64,000 nucleotides of DNA from Ascoidea asiatica JCM 7603 (Eukaryota; Fungi; Ascomycota). The stretch is taken from positions 549,937 through 613,936 of the forward strand of contig BCKQ01000006.1 in assembly GCA_001600695.1 (NCBI GenBank), in the 5' to 3' direction. Shown piece by piece: positions 1-10,668 of the stretch. The translations under genes were made by a program, and so were the position numbers. Numbering within the stretch: position 1 is the first letter of the stretch; the number at the start of each line of letters is the position of its first letter. The notes under the pieces are model-generated. The model was given only the letters and a program-made list of their open reading frames with translations. It searched no databases and was not told the origin of the DNA.

Positions 1-1553
1 TTATTTTTCTTTTTCCCTTTTTTTTTGCTTGCAATTTTGTCATTAACACTTTCGTTTTCTTTATTGAAATCTTTATTTTCAGTTGTTATATCATCGGATA
101 CATTTAAGCTATGCATAGAATCGATAATTCCATTTAAGTTTTCAGGTTTTTCAGTATCTTTATTATTCATGATACCATTTCTGGTTTCTTCACTCTCGAG
201 ATTTTTGTCACTTTTAAAAATTTTATTTTCCTCTATTTCAAGTTTTTCATCTAATTCATCCTCAGTCAAAAAGTCGTTGAACACATTTTTTTTATTTTTT
301 TTATTTTTTTTTTTTTTTTTTGAAGAACTTTTCAAAGGAACATCATTTTTTTCATTGCCTTTATCATCATTCTCAATTTTACTATCTATTCCTAATTCTA
401 TACCCTCTCTTTTCATTTCCCATTGTAATTTTGAAAGTAATTTTTTGTGTTTTTTGCTTTTTTCATGTTCTTGTAATTGTTTTTCACTTTTGAAACTTTT
501 CTCACAGATAATACACTCAAATAAGAGAATATCTTCTTCATCACTATTATCAGTATTTAAATTTTCAAATTCGTCTTTCATTATATTATTATTATTCTGA
601 TAATGATTTTCAATCTCATTAAATTCATCCATATCATATTTTTGCCAATTTTGCAATTCAAATTCTCTTCTTTCTTGTTCTTTTTTAATTCTTTGCAAAT
701 TTTCTAATTCAATTTGTCTTTTAAGATCTTCTTCCTCTTTTCTTTTTTTTTCAATTTCAAATAATTTTTGACCAATTTTAACTCTTGGATCTCTTTTTTT
801 AATAAATGATACAAAATTTTTTACTGCCTCATTATATTCCTTTTTAGCCTGAGTTTTTAATTTTGTATTTTCTTTTTGAGTTGCTCTTCGAGTTCTCCTA
901 TCCATTGATGCTGAATATCTATATCTCTCTTTCCATATAAAAGTTTTCACAGTTGAAAATGAAGACCATTTACTGTAAAATTCTCTAACGATTGTCGAAT
1001 AATCTGAATCTGAACTACCAAATTTTGGTAAATATAAATCTTGACGGTCAAAAGAATTGTCAGCTAAATCGTCTTTGTAAAACTTAAATCCATCTAATTC
1101 TTGTTTTTTACCAGCATTTACTTCATCACAAGCCAATTGTTGAAATACTTTTCCTGCAATCTGATATATACCAGCTGGAGAATCATCGTTTCTTAAGTAA
1201 AGAGAGGGATCAAAAAATCTCAATAGGTCGTTAACAGAAACTCCAGCATCTGGATGAGTATAATTGTCTTCGTTATCTTCGTCGTAATATTCATCATTAT
1301 TATAATATTCATTAGGATCAAAATCATCTCTTAGAATTTGAGACTTATTAGAATCATAAAATGCCCTTTCATTTGGATCAGATAACACTTCATAAGCTGC
1401 TTTAATTAAAGTGAATTTCTCTGTTGCAACTTCTATGTTATCTGGATTTTTGTCAGGATGATATTCTAAAGCTTTTTTTCTATATGCTTTTTTAAGTTCA
1501 CTATCAGTTGCATCCTCAGATACTTGCAATAATTGATAATAGCACTCCTTCAT
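1..1553 (-). CDS. JJJ1: J-domain co-chaperone Jjj1/DNAJC21 (60S biogenesis); 3' end runs off the window
   Basis: Translated by hand: ATG at 1553, [39 protein letters not shown] (J-domain with HPD), zuotin-like [16 protein letters not shown] region, C2H2 finger [24 protein letters not shown] near 440-520. Absent from the ORF track, consistent with no stop inside the window. Confidence 0.9.
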   Translation of the reverse strand, partial: MKECYYQLLQVSEDATDSELKKAYRKKALEYHPDKNPDNIEVATEKFTLIKAAYEVLSDPNERAFYDSNKSQILRDDFDPNEYYNNDEYYDEDNEDNYTHPDAGVSVNDLLRFFDPSLYLRNDDSPAGIYQIAGKVFQQLACDEVNAGKKQELDGFKFYKDDLADNSFDRQDLYLPKFGSSDSDYSTIVREFYSKWSSFSTVKTFIWKERYRYSASMDRRTRRATQKENTKLKTQAKKEYNEAVKNFVSFIKKRDPRVKIGQKLFEIEKKRKEEEDLKRQIELENLQRIKKEQERREFELQNWQKYDMDEFNEIENHYQNNNNIMKDEFENLNTDNSDEEDILLFECIICEKSFKSEKQLQEHEKSKKHKKLLSKLQWEMKREGIELGIDSKIENDDKGNEKNDVPLKSSSKKKKKNKKNKKNVFNDFLTEDELDEKLEIEENKIFKSDKNLESEETRNGIMNNKDTEKPENLNGIIDSMHSLNVSDDITTENKDFNKENESVNDKIASKKKGKKKN

Positions 1554-1848
1554 TACTTTATTCTAGTAAAGAAATGTAGCAGTAAAGTATATTTATGAAT
1601 GAATGAATGAATAGTAAAGTCTATATAATTTAGCTTTTTATGTTCATTTGATATATGAACTTAATCAAATATGAATATTTGATTTGAAATCAGGTTCCAA
1701 TTCACTTTATATTTTATAATTAATATTCTAAATTTGCTACTGCTTTGGAAATCAGTAACAAATTTAAAATATTTTTTAAATTTTATTTTATGTCAGCAAG
1801 CGGCATATTTCAAAATATAAAAAGTAAATTAAAATTAAAACAAAAAAA

Positions 1849-1930
1849 TGATAATGGTGAGGTTCGAACTCACGCCTCCGAAAAGACCAGGACCTTAACC
1901 TGGCGCCTTAGACCACTCGGCCACATTACC
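1849..1930 (-). tRNA. tRNA-Leu(AAG), intronless, long variable arm
   Basis: Reverse complement GGTAATGTGGCCGAGTGGTCTAAGGCGCCAGG-TTAAGGT-CCTGGTCTTTTCGGAGGCGTGAGTTCGAACCTCACCATTATCA: 7-bp acceptor stem, A and B boxes, anticodon stem CCAGG/CCTGG with AAG, discriminator A, followed by a T-run Pol III terminator. Confidence 0.96.
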
Positions 1931-2185
1931 AATGCTTTATTTAATTTACCGATGTTTTTATTTACAACACTCTAGTTTTTGAAACACGTGTGTGTTTTAT
2001 TGATATGTTTTCGGTGTTGACTGATTGTTTGTTTACCTTTTTCTAAACCTTTGATATTTTTATTGATTCTTCTTCTTCCCTTGCAGTTTTGTGAGAAAGA
2101 ATCTAGACATTGATATGAGTTTGAAATTATTATTATCCGTATATTATAGAGAATCTTACTTTTAATTTATTTTCAGTAAGCCATA

Positions 2186-5100
2186 ATGAGGGTTGAAGAA
2201 TTGATTATAGATGGTTTTAAGTCGTATGCCACAAGAACTGTTATTTCTGGTTGGGATGCTCAATTTAACGCAATTACTGGTTTGAATGGTTCTGGAAAAT
2301 CTAATATATTAGATGCTATTTGTTTTGTCTTGGGAATTTCCTCTATGAGTTCAGTTCGTGCTTCAAGTCTTCAGGATTTAATTTATAAAAGAGGTCAAGC
2401 TGGTGTTGTTAAAGCAAGTGTTACTATTGTTTTTGACAATTCCGATATAAATAAAAGTCCAATTGGTTATGACTCTTTAGCTAAAATATCTGTTACAAGA
2501 CAAGTTATAATGGGTGGTACTAGTAAATATCTTATTAATGGTCATAGGGCTCAACAACAAGCTGTTCTTCAATTATTTCAATCTGTTCAATTAAATATTA
2601 ATAATCCTAATTTTTTAATTATGCAAGGTAAAATTACAAAAGTTTTAAATATGAAACCCAGTGAAATCTTGTCTTTAATCGAAGAAGCAGCTGGAACAAA
2701 AATGTATGAAGATAGAAGAATCAAAGCAGCCAAAACAATGGCCAAAAAAGATACAAAATTACAAGAAATCACAAGCTTATTAAATGAAGAAATTGAACCG
2801 AAGTTAGAACAGTTAAGAAGTCAAAAGAGAACTTTCTTAGAATTTCAACAAACCCAGACTGAATTGGATAAATTAAACAGAGTTGTAAGTGCTCATGATT
2901 TCATCAATTTAAATAAGAATTATAAAAGTTATGAATCTCATTTAGAAGAACAAAAAGATTATCTTGAAAATTTGAAAAAAAATATTGAAAAGTTATCTGA
3001 AGAAATTGAAAATTTGAATGAAGATTTAATCAATTTTAAGAAAAAAAAGGAGAGTGAGTTGAAGAAAGATAATACATTACAAAATCTTGAAAAAACAGAA
3101 AATCAATTATTGAAAGATATTGCAAGACTCAAAACTCAATTAGCTTTGAAAGATGAAAACATGAATGAAGAAGCTTCAAAAAAACGGGAAATTGGAAATC
3201 AAATTATAAAAACTCAAAATGATCTTGATTCAAAGTCTTCAACATTCAAAGATTTGCAAAATCAACATCAAATAGCAAAAGATAAATTGGATGAATTGAA
3301 AGATCAATGTACTAGAAAAGAAGAATTATTATCAACTTTGCAGACTGGTGTTTCTTCAAAAGGTAAAGCTGCTGAAAGTGGTTATATGGGTCAATTACAT
3401 GAGTCAAAAATTAAATTATCTGATATTGATGTTTTAATTGAGCAAAAGAATCTAAAAAGTTCAAATTTACAAAACTTTATTACAAATAATAAGTCAAAAG
3501 CATCAAATGCACAAAAAATAATTGAAAAGATATCCAAAGAAATTGAGGAACTCAAGAGTACAAGAGAAAAATTCAAGAATCATTTGAATTCTCTAGGATT
3601 TGAACCAGAGAAAATTCACAACTTAAAACAACAGGAAAATGATTTATTAAGGAAGATAGATAATATTGCAAATGAAGCAGACTTTTTGAAAAGAAAAGTT
3701 GCCTATATTGAATTCACATATTCTAAACCTACTCCGAATTTTGATGCAAGATCAATTAAGGGAGTAGCTGCTCAATTATTCAATTTAGATGAGTCAAACT
3801 TTGATTCTGCTACTGCTTTAGAAGTATGTGCTGGGGGAAGATTGTATAATATTGTTGTTGATAATGAAGTTACAGGTTCCCTATTGTTGGAAAGAGGTCA
3901 ATTGAGAAAAAGAGTCACCATTATTCCCTTAAATAAGATTGCTGCGAGGACTCTTGATCAAAGAGCCTTACAATTAGCAAAAGAAATTTGTCCTAATAAA
4001 GTTGAATTAGCGTTAAATTTGATTGGATATGATGAGGAAGTATCTAAAGCTATGGAATTCATATTTGGTACAAATTTGATTTGTCAAGATGCTGACACAG
4101 CTAAAAAGGTCACCTTCCATCCTCAGATTAGAAGTAGAAGTATAACCATCCAGGGAGATGTTTATGACCCTTCAGGTACATTATCTGGTGGAAGTAGAAA
4201 AAATACTGGATCCATTTTATTAAATATTCAGAAGTATAATCAATTGACAGCTCAATTAACTGAACAAAAGGGTATACTTTCTAAAATTCAAGTGGAACTA
4301 AGAAAGCAAAATGAAATTAGTAATCAAACAAAAGCTTTACAAAAAGATTTAAGTCTTACTGATCATCAACTAAAATTAGCTGAGAATAGTTTAGAAACAA
4401 ATCCATCTATACAGTTATTGAGAAAACTTGAACAGTATGAAAAGGATATTTTAGTTATTAGCCAAGAAATGGAACAAAATCAAACAGAAAGGGCTACTTT
4501 TCTTCAAGAAATTAGAAAAATAGAAAATGACATGAAAGAATTTTCTTCAAATAAAGGTTCTAAGTTGAAAGAATTACAAGAAGAAATCAAGCAACTCAAG
4601 AAGAAAATACCAAATTTGTCTCAACAACTTAATGATAAATTTGAAAGTTTTCAAAATTTAGAGATAGAGACTGAACAATTGAAAAGTGATCTTAACTCTT
4701 TGAAAGAGCAAGTCAGTGAAATTGATGTAGGACTTGAAGAATCTCAGCCCGGAAAAGTTAAAATCGAACAAGAATTACAGCAATTGCAGAAACAAGCAAA
4801 TGAAGTGCATAATGAATTTTTACAAGAGAAAGAAAAAATGATGGGCATAAATGAAGAAATTCAAGAACTTGAAAGTGCCTTAAACTCGAAGACTAAGACT
4901 TTAAATTCTAAAAAATTGGAATGTCAAAAATTGAACCATGAGTTTGAAAAGATTGAACAAACTACTGCAGCCTTGAAAAAAAGAGTCAGTGAATTAGTTG
5001 AAAAGAATGAATGGATAACGGATGAAAAAATGGTTGATCAAATTCTCAAAGAATATCCTAATATAAATATAGAGGAATGCCGTAATAGAGTTGCTAGACT

Positions 5101-5701
5101 ATCCACTGCTTTCCAAGGTATGAGAAGAAAAGTTAATGCTAACATTATGAGTATGATTGATACAGTGGAAAAGAAAGAAAGTTCATTGAAAACTATGATG
5201 AAAACTATAAAAAAGGACAAGAAAAAAATTGAAAAAACTGTTCAGACATTAGATGAATATAAAAAAGAAACTCTTGAGAAAACTTGGAACAAAGTTTCGG
5301 AAGATTTTGGTAACATTTTTGCCGACCTCCTTCCTGGGTCATTCGCAAAACTTGTAAAGCTACCAGGAAAAGATATTTCAGCAGGTCTTGAAGTTAAGGT
5401 GATGCTAGGAAAAGTTTGGAAGGAGAGTTTGGTTGAGTTATCTGGAGGACAAAGGTCATTGATTGCCCTTTCTTTGATATTGGCCCTCTTGCAATTTAAA
5501 CCTGCACCTATGTACATTTTAGATGAAGTAGATGCTGCTTTAGATTTATCGCATACTCAGAATATTGGTCATCTAATCAAGACAAGATTCAAAGGATCTC
5601 AGTTTATTGTCGTTTCATTAAAAGAAGGTATGTTTACTAACGCAAACAAAGTTTTTAGAACTCGATTCCAGGACGGTACTTCTGTTGTCAGTGTAATGTA
5701 A
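2186..5701 (+). CDS. SMC2: Condensin ATPase subunit Smc2
   Basis: N-terminus MRVEELIIDGFKSYATRTVISGWD, Walker A GLNGSGKSN, hinge, LSGGQRS signature, Walker B YILDEVDAALD, long coiled coils. Confidence 0.98.
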   Translation: MRVEELIIDGFKSYATRTVISGWDAQFNAITGLNGSGKSNILDAICFVLGISSMSSVRASSLQDLIYKRGQAGVVKASVTIVFDNSDINKSPIGYDSLAKISVTRQVIMGGTSKYLINGHRAQQQAVLQLFQSVQLNINNPNFLIMQGKITKVLNMKPSEILSLIEEAAGTKMYEDRRIKAAKTMAKKDTKLQEITSLLNEEIEPKLEQLRSQKRTFLEFQQTQTELDKLNRVVSAHDFINLNKNYKSYESHLEEQKDYLENLKKNIEKLSEEIENLNEDLINFKKKKESELKKDNTLQNLEKTENQLLKDIARLKTQLALKDENMNEEASKKREIGNQIIKTQNDLDSKSSTFKDLQNQHQIAKDKLDELKDQCTRKEELLSTLQTGVSSKGKAAESGYMGQLHESKIKLSDIDVLIEQKNLKSSNLQNFITNNKSKASNAQKIIEKISKEIEELKSTREKFKNHLNSLGFEPEKIHNLKQQENDLLRKIDNIANEADFLKRKVAYIEFTYSKPTPNFDARSIKGVAAQLFNLDESNFDSATALEVCAGGRLYNIVVDNEVTGSLLLERGQLRKRVTIIPLNKIAARTLDQRALQLAKEICPNKVELALNLIGYDEEVSKAMEFIFGTNLICQDADTAKKVTFHPQIRSRSITIQGDVYDPSGTLSGGSRKNTGSILLNIQKYNQLTAQLTEQKGILSKIQVELRKQNEISNQTKALQKDLSLTDHQLKLAENSLETNPSIQLLRKLEQYEKDILVISQEMEQNQTERATFLQEIRKIENDMKEFSSNKGSKLKELQEEIKQLKKKIPNLSQQLNDKFESFQNLEIETEQLKSDLNSLKEQVSEIDVGLEESQPGKVKIEQELQQLQKQANEVHNEFLQEKEKMMGINEEIQELESALNSKTKTLNSKKLECQKLNHEFEKIEQTTAALKKRVSELVEKNEWITDEKMVDQILKEYPNINIEECRNRVARLSTAFQGMRRKVNANIMSMIDTVEKKESSLKTMMKTIKKDKKKIEKTVQTLDEYKKETLEKTWNKVSEDFGNIFADLLPGSFAKLVKLPGKDISAGLEVKVMLGKVWKESLVELSGGQRSLIALSLILALLQFKPAPMYILDEVDAALDLSHTQNIGHLIKTRFKGSQFIVVSLKEGMFTNANKVFRTRFQDGTSVVSVM

Positions 5702-5814
5702 TATTAGTTTAATACTATAATACAATTATAATACCCAATTAAAGTTATCTAATATGAAAAATATATCAAAGAAATCTGAATCGAATTATTTTCTATAAGA
5801 GATGTACTAGCTTA

Positions 5815-8682
5815 TTAAGAACAAGAGTCAAGTTTCTCGAATTCCCTTTTCAACTCGGCCTTTATTGATTGCAATTTTGTAAAGCCATTATTGCTATCAA
5901 AGTCCTCTTTGTCATAATCATCATCGACTTGCAAACGATGCATTATATAAGAAAAAATATCAATTCTCTCTATCATGTTATTCAAAATTTCATTGAATTT
6001 GATCTTCTGCACTTTAGCATTTCTCAATTCTTTTTCTTGTTTTATTCTCAATTTATACTGTAACTTGCTTTTTATGTTCAAATCACTTGGAATCTCATAA
6101 ATTGAAAGCAACGGAGGTGCCTGAATATCCTTTCCCTCATATAACAGTTTATATATATGCTTAACAAACGTAATAAGTTCAGCTTCATTGGCACTTATTT
6201 CAAAAACGCTTCTCAAATAAAAAAAAAGTTTGCTAAATGGAACTTGTAGAATTGAACAGCATTTCTTTAATATATGGTTCAATTGATCATAAGATAAATT
6301 GTCGATCTTGAAAAACTCATATTTATCGGAATATTTTTTAAGTAGGTCCCTTTCAATTTGAGAGATTCTTTTCTTTTGTTCTTTATCTTCCTCAAATTTT
6401 TTCGGGTTAAGTTTTATATCTGGTTGGTGTTGGTTATTATTTGACTTATTTTCTTCTATTGAGGCAAGATTACTTGGGAATTTACGAATCATGTTTTGAT
6501 TTATAATTCTAGATGCTAAATCCTTATTTTCCTTTTTTAGATTGGAAATTATGTATTCTTTGTCACGTAAAACATCCTTATATTTTTTTTCTCTTTGAAT
6601 TAGACATTCTTTAAGATAATTTATTTGATTGATTAAATCCCTTTCTTTTTTCAAATTCTTGTTTTCTTGAATTTTAGGAGAATCTTTAAGCAATATATTA
6701 TTCCCATGGTCTTCTGTTACTTTGTGTTTTAATACAGGATTTTGGGAGGAATTTTCAAAATCATCGTTAACATGTTTCTTGTTTTTTGAATTCAGGTCCA
6801 TTTTATCAGAGATGATATTGTTTAACTTATCATTTAAATTACTATTAGGCTTATTATTGACAATTTGATTGAATTTTTTATTAACTTTTTCATTAGATTT
6901 GTTTTTTGTATCAACATGAAAATGATTCTCATTAAATTCATTATCAGAATTTATTTGGAAATTAGAGTGATGATGATTATCAGATTCGAAGTTTAAATGA
7001 TTGACAAGCTCATTGTCTAGACCGTCTTCAAGATCTGAATCAGATTCGTTAACAAATCCTTTATTAGACATATTATTTAAGTTTACTGAATCAGTTGAAG
7101 AATCATTCACAGTAATCAAATAAGGAGTACTGCTTTCAAGAACTGTTGATTTTTCTGGAGAAATTTTAGATGAGAGTTTTTTGGCTTTTGGTATTTTATT
7201 CGTATTTTCTTTGTGATCCTTATTTTTCGAGAAAGAGTTTTGGCTATTCTTACTGTTTGCTAATGAATTTCTTTGAGACAGTTGACCTGTTCTATTGATT
7301 GAAGATGAAGGTGGTGATGGAGAGGGTGGATCATCGCTATATTCATTGTCATCTTCCAAATTGATCCTTCTATTGACTTCCTGCTCAGCTAACTGTTTTA
7401 TATATTCTTCGGAGTTTATTGAAGGAAAATGGTAACTTTGAGGAGTCAGTGAGTTATTTTTGTTTAAACCATTCATTTCTTTCAAATTTGCTTCCTTTAA
7501 TTTTGCACTAAATACTTTATTTACAACATTTTTGAAAGCCTCGCTAGTTGATAAAAGTCTCACAAACTCTTCTTCTGTAATAGATGTCTTATCTGTCCTA
7601 ATATCATTGTCATTAATAGAAACTGTGTTTTCTGGTGACGATTCCTTTGAAGATGGATTTATTGACTTTGATTTTGGTTTTTCTCGTTGGTTAATTTTAT
7701 TAGGATTTTCATCAAAATCTCTAGATATTGTTTGGTTGAATGGAGTTGTGAAAATTTGCTGTTCTTCAAAATTTTTTGGATTTTCATTAGCTTCTTTGAT
7801 TGACTTCTTTGAACCTTGATTTGTTGAATTTTTATACAAAAAAGGTTTATTATAATTATTACTAGTATTTTTGATATTCGAAATATCATTAGTGATTGAA
7901 GAAGGTGAGGAAGTTTTTGCTTTGGTTTTCTCCGAATTGAATGATTTCGGTTTTGAATTTTGAATATTATTCCAATTCAATTGTCTAGATTGAGAAGTTT
8001 TAGAAGTAAGATTGTTTATAATATCAGCAGAGCTGGTTTTATCTGAGGTATTTAAAGTTTTGAAAGTGGAATTTGAATTTTTTGTTGAAGGATTGCTTAA
8101 CTTTATAGTAGTTATATCAATATTAGGATCATTTAAATCATTTGAATTGAAGCTTTTTGGATTGATCAGATCAGTCAAATTTATAATTTTTGAATTTTGA
8201 ATATTTTTAATAGTATTCTCATGAGTTAATTTCGATACTCCTGAAGAATCTAATCTTTGATGTCCTAATTTGTTTTTTATTTTTGATTCATTCTTTTCCT
8301 TTGGATTCGAATCATTTCTGGGCTCATAAATATCTTTGGAAATGATGTCATTAATGTGAAAATCATCTTCAGATGTCTGTTCAGGAGTGAAAGGTGTTAA
8401 AGGTTCTTCATTATCTTGGTTGTTCTCCTTCAATTGGCTTTGATCGAACCAATTGTCCAATAATTTAGCACCCTCTTGAAGAAAAGATTCATGATTTAAT
8501 GCAGAAACCGAATTTCTAGAAGCCATGTAAGTTTCTGGTTCTGAATTATCATATTCTGATATATTTTTGTAAGAGTCTGAAATATTTGGATCAGTCACAT
8601 CAGAATCAGGATAAGCATCTTTAGTATGAGTTGAAAAATTTGAAATGCTGTGATTTGGAAAATTCCTAGTTTTCCTGGACAT
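5815..8682 (-). CDS. Uncharacterised 955-aa protein: disordered S/N-rich N-terminus, C-terminal coiled coil and helical domain
   Basis: Long uninterrupted ORF; heptad pattern around LINQINYLKECLIQREKKYKDVLRDKEYIISNLKKENKDL; no family recognised. Confidence 0.8.
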   Translation of the reverse strand: MSRKTRNFPNHSISNFSTHTKDAYPDSDVTDPNISDSYKNISEYDNSEPETYMASRNSVSALNHESFLQEGAKLLDNWFDQSQLKENNQDNEEPLTPFTPEQTSEDDFHINDIISKDIYEPRNDSNPKEKNESKIKNKLGHQRLDSSGVSKLTHENTIKNIQNSKIINLTDLINPKSFNSNDLNDPNIDITTIKLSNPSTKNSNSTFKTLNTSDKTSSADIINNLTSKTSQSRQLNWNNIQNSKPKSFNSEKTKAKTSSPSSITNDISNIKNTSNNYNKPFLYKNSTNQGSKKSIKEANENPKNFEEQQIFTTPFNQTISRDFDENPNKINQREKPKSKSINPSSKESSPENTVSINDNDIRTDKTSITEEEFVRLLSTSEAFKNVVNKVFSAKLKEANLKEMNGLNKNNSLTPQSYHFPSINSEEYIKQLAEQEVNRRINLEDDNEYSDDPPSPSPPSSSINRTGQLSQRNSLANSKNSQNSFSKNKDHKENTNKIPKAKKLSSKISPEKSTVLESSTPYLITVNDSSTDSVNLNNMSNKGFVNESDSDLEDGLDNELVNHLNFESDNHHHSNFQINSDNEFNENHFHVDTKNKSNEKVNKKFNQIVNNKPNSNLNDKLNNIISDKMDLNSKNKKHVNDDFENSSQNPVLKHKVTEDHGNNILLKDSPKIQENKNLKKERDLINQINYLKECLIQREKKYKDVLRDKEYIISNLKKENKDLASRIINQNMIRKFPSNLASIEENKSNNNQHQPDIKLNPKKFEEDKEQKKRISQIERDLLKKYSDKYEFFKIDNLSYDQLNHILKKCCSILQVPFSKLFFYLRSVFEISANEAELITFVKHIYKLLYEGKDIQAPPLLSIYEIPSDLNIKSKLQYKLRIKQEKELRNAKVQKIKFNEILNNMIERIDIFSYIMHRLQVDDDYDKEDFDSNNGFTKLQSIKAELKREFEKLDSCS

Positions 8683-9178
8683 AATTTAATAGTTATTGTA
8701 TAACTGGAGTTGTTTCCTTCAATTAAAAAAACTTTCTTTAACAAACAATAAAATTGTTTCGAATAAATTTCATATCTGACTTTTGATTAAGTAAAGATGC
8801 TCAGTTGATAAACATAAACAAGCAAAGCGTAAAAATCAATAATCACTTTCGCAGATGATTTATCCAGATTCTTATGAGATGAGTACCGCAAATATGGCGT
8901 CTTTTGATTGCCCTCGGTAAAAGTATCGAGTGCTAGTATTTAGCACATGACTATTACCGGTTTAGCATATTCCGCTTTGTATTTAAGCTAAAGTTAACAA
9001 AAATTCAGAAACTCGTCTTTTTCATATACAAATTGGAAAGAAATATAAACAAAAGTCAGAAGCATCAAGTCCCAGAAATTCAAACCAAAATAATCAACAT
9101 CTATTCAAAAAACAATCAGAAAATCATCAAATATCAATCGATAATACTTGAATTGAGCTGTACATACTTTTGATTCAA

Positions 9179-10507
9179 ATGTCTGATACAAACTTCGAGA
9201 AGCCTGCCTTTCCACAAGCTTTATCTACCTCCTTCTATTCTAGAATTGAAAAAGAAAACACTCCTCTATTCACACCAGCTCAACCAACAAGAAAGAGAAA
9301 CACCAATATAATAAACTATGCCGAAGATGAATTATTTGATGAGCAATTAAATAATTCGGATTACAACCTAACATCAAACATATCTTCTTCATTATCAAGA
9401 AAGAGAAATTCTAGATTATCTACTCCTGTTTTATCGGTTGATTTAAATAATACAACTCTGACTAATTTAGATAGTGATAATCTTGGTAAAAATTTAAATG
9501 ATGGAAACCAAGCAATAACTGAGATTTCAAATAATACAACAAATGCAAATTTAAATAATAACTTTCAAAGTAGATTGGCACCGGTAGTAGATCAATCTTT
9601 TGATTTTAGTTTTCTAGATAAAAAACAAAATAATCAAAATTTAAATCAAGAAGATATTTTAATTCCAATAAGGCTAAATTTTGAATATCAAAATAATAAA
9701 ATACATGATTATTTTATGTGGAATTTAAAAGATCGTTCAATGGAAGATGAAACTGATAATAGTAATAGTAATAATAATAATAAAAGTAATAATAATAATG
9801 ATTTTTCACCCGAGTTATTTGCAGAAATTTTTTGTAGAGATTTAAATTTACCTTTAAATCCCTTCAAAACTACAATCTCAAATTCAATTATTTCTCAAAT
9901 TGAAGAATATAGAGAAAGTGCGTTAATTAATTTACCAAAAGATTTACAGGTTCATTTTATTATAAATTTATCTGTAAATTTAGATAATCAATTATATTCC
10001 GATAAATTTGAATGGGATTTAATGGATATGAAATTTACTCCAGAAATGTTTGCAAAAAATATTGTTAGTGAACTAAAACTTAAAAGTGAATTTATTCCTG
10101 CAATATCTCATTCATTGCATGAAACTTTATTGAAATTAAAAAAAGATGCCATTGAAGGTTATATACCTGAAATTAAAAACGGTTCTGCCTATGGTTATGA
10201 AGCTGGAATACGATTCACAAATGACCCAAAAAATAATAAAAATAATAGTAATAACTCAAATAATAATGAAAACATTTTAGCTTTGAATTTAACTTTAAAT
10301 TCCAATAATACTGTGGATGATTGGTATCCAACTATTGAAGTTTTATCACAATGGGAAATTGAAAAACGAGAAATTGAAAGGGAAAGAAATTTGAGAAGAT
10401 TAAAGAGAGATAATTTAAGATATGAAAATGAATCTAATAAAGGTTCTAGAAAAAGAATTAGAACAAGAAGATACGATGAACTTGAAGGTACCTGGGTTAA
10501 CATATAA
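9179..10507 (+). CDS. SFH1: RSC chromatin-remodelling subunit Sfh1 (Snf5 family)
   Basis: PQALSTSFYSRI and INYAE N-terminal motifs; Snf5 repeats (LIPIRL..IHDYFMWNL, YSDKFEWDL..TPEMFA); C-terminal WEIEKREIERERNLRRLKR. First ATG is 9179 (the track starts at a TTG). Confidence 0.93.
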   Translation: MSDTNFEKPAFPQALSTSFYSRIEKENTPLFTPAQPTRKRNTNIINYAEDELFDEQLNNSDYNLTSNISSSLSRKRNSRLSTPVLSVDLNNTTLTNLDSDNLGKNLNDGNQAITEISNNTTNANLNNNFQSRLAPVVDQSFDFSFLDKKQNNQNLNQEDILIPIRLNFEYQNNKIHDYFMWNLKDRSMEDETDNSNSNNNNKSNNNNDFSPELFAEIFCRDLNLPLNPFKTTISNSIISQIEEYRESALINLPKDLQVHFIINLSVNLDNQLYSDKFEWDLMDMKFTPEMFAKNIVSELKLKSEFIPAISHSLHETLLKLKKDAIEGYIPEIKNGSAYGYEAGIRFTNDPKNNKNNSNNSNNNENILALNLTLNSNNTVDDWYPTIEVLSQWEIEKREIERERNLRRLKRDNLRYENESNKGSRKRIRTRRYDELEGTWVNI

Positions 10508-10668
10508 AACAATATCTCTGAACAGTACTTTAATCTGGTTTATAATTTATTCTTATAATTTGTATAATATCATATAATATAAAAAAGTAATGTAATAATA
10601 TTGTTAATTTCAACATGATATTTTTATTATCTATAATTTTCTCTATATTCTATGAAAGATGATTTAAT

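Noticed and set aside
25-600. 191-aa plus-strand ORF
   Set aside because: Antisense shadow of the Lys/Glu-rich JJJ1 C-terminus; TTG start, Phe/Ser-biased.
1745-1975. 76-aa ORF
   Set aside because: Overlaps the tRNA-Leu gene in antisense.
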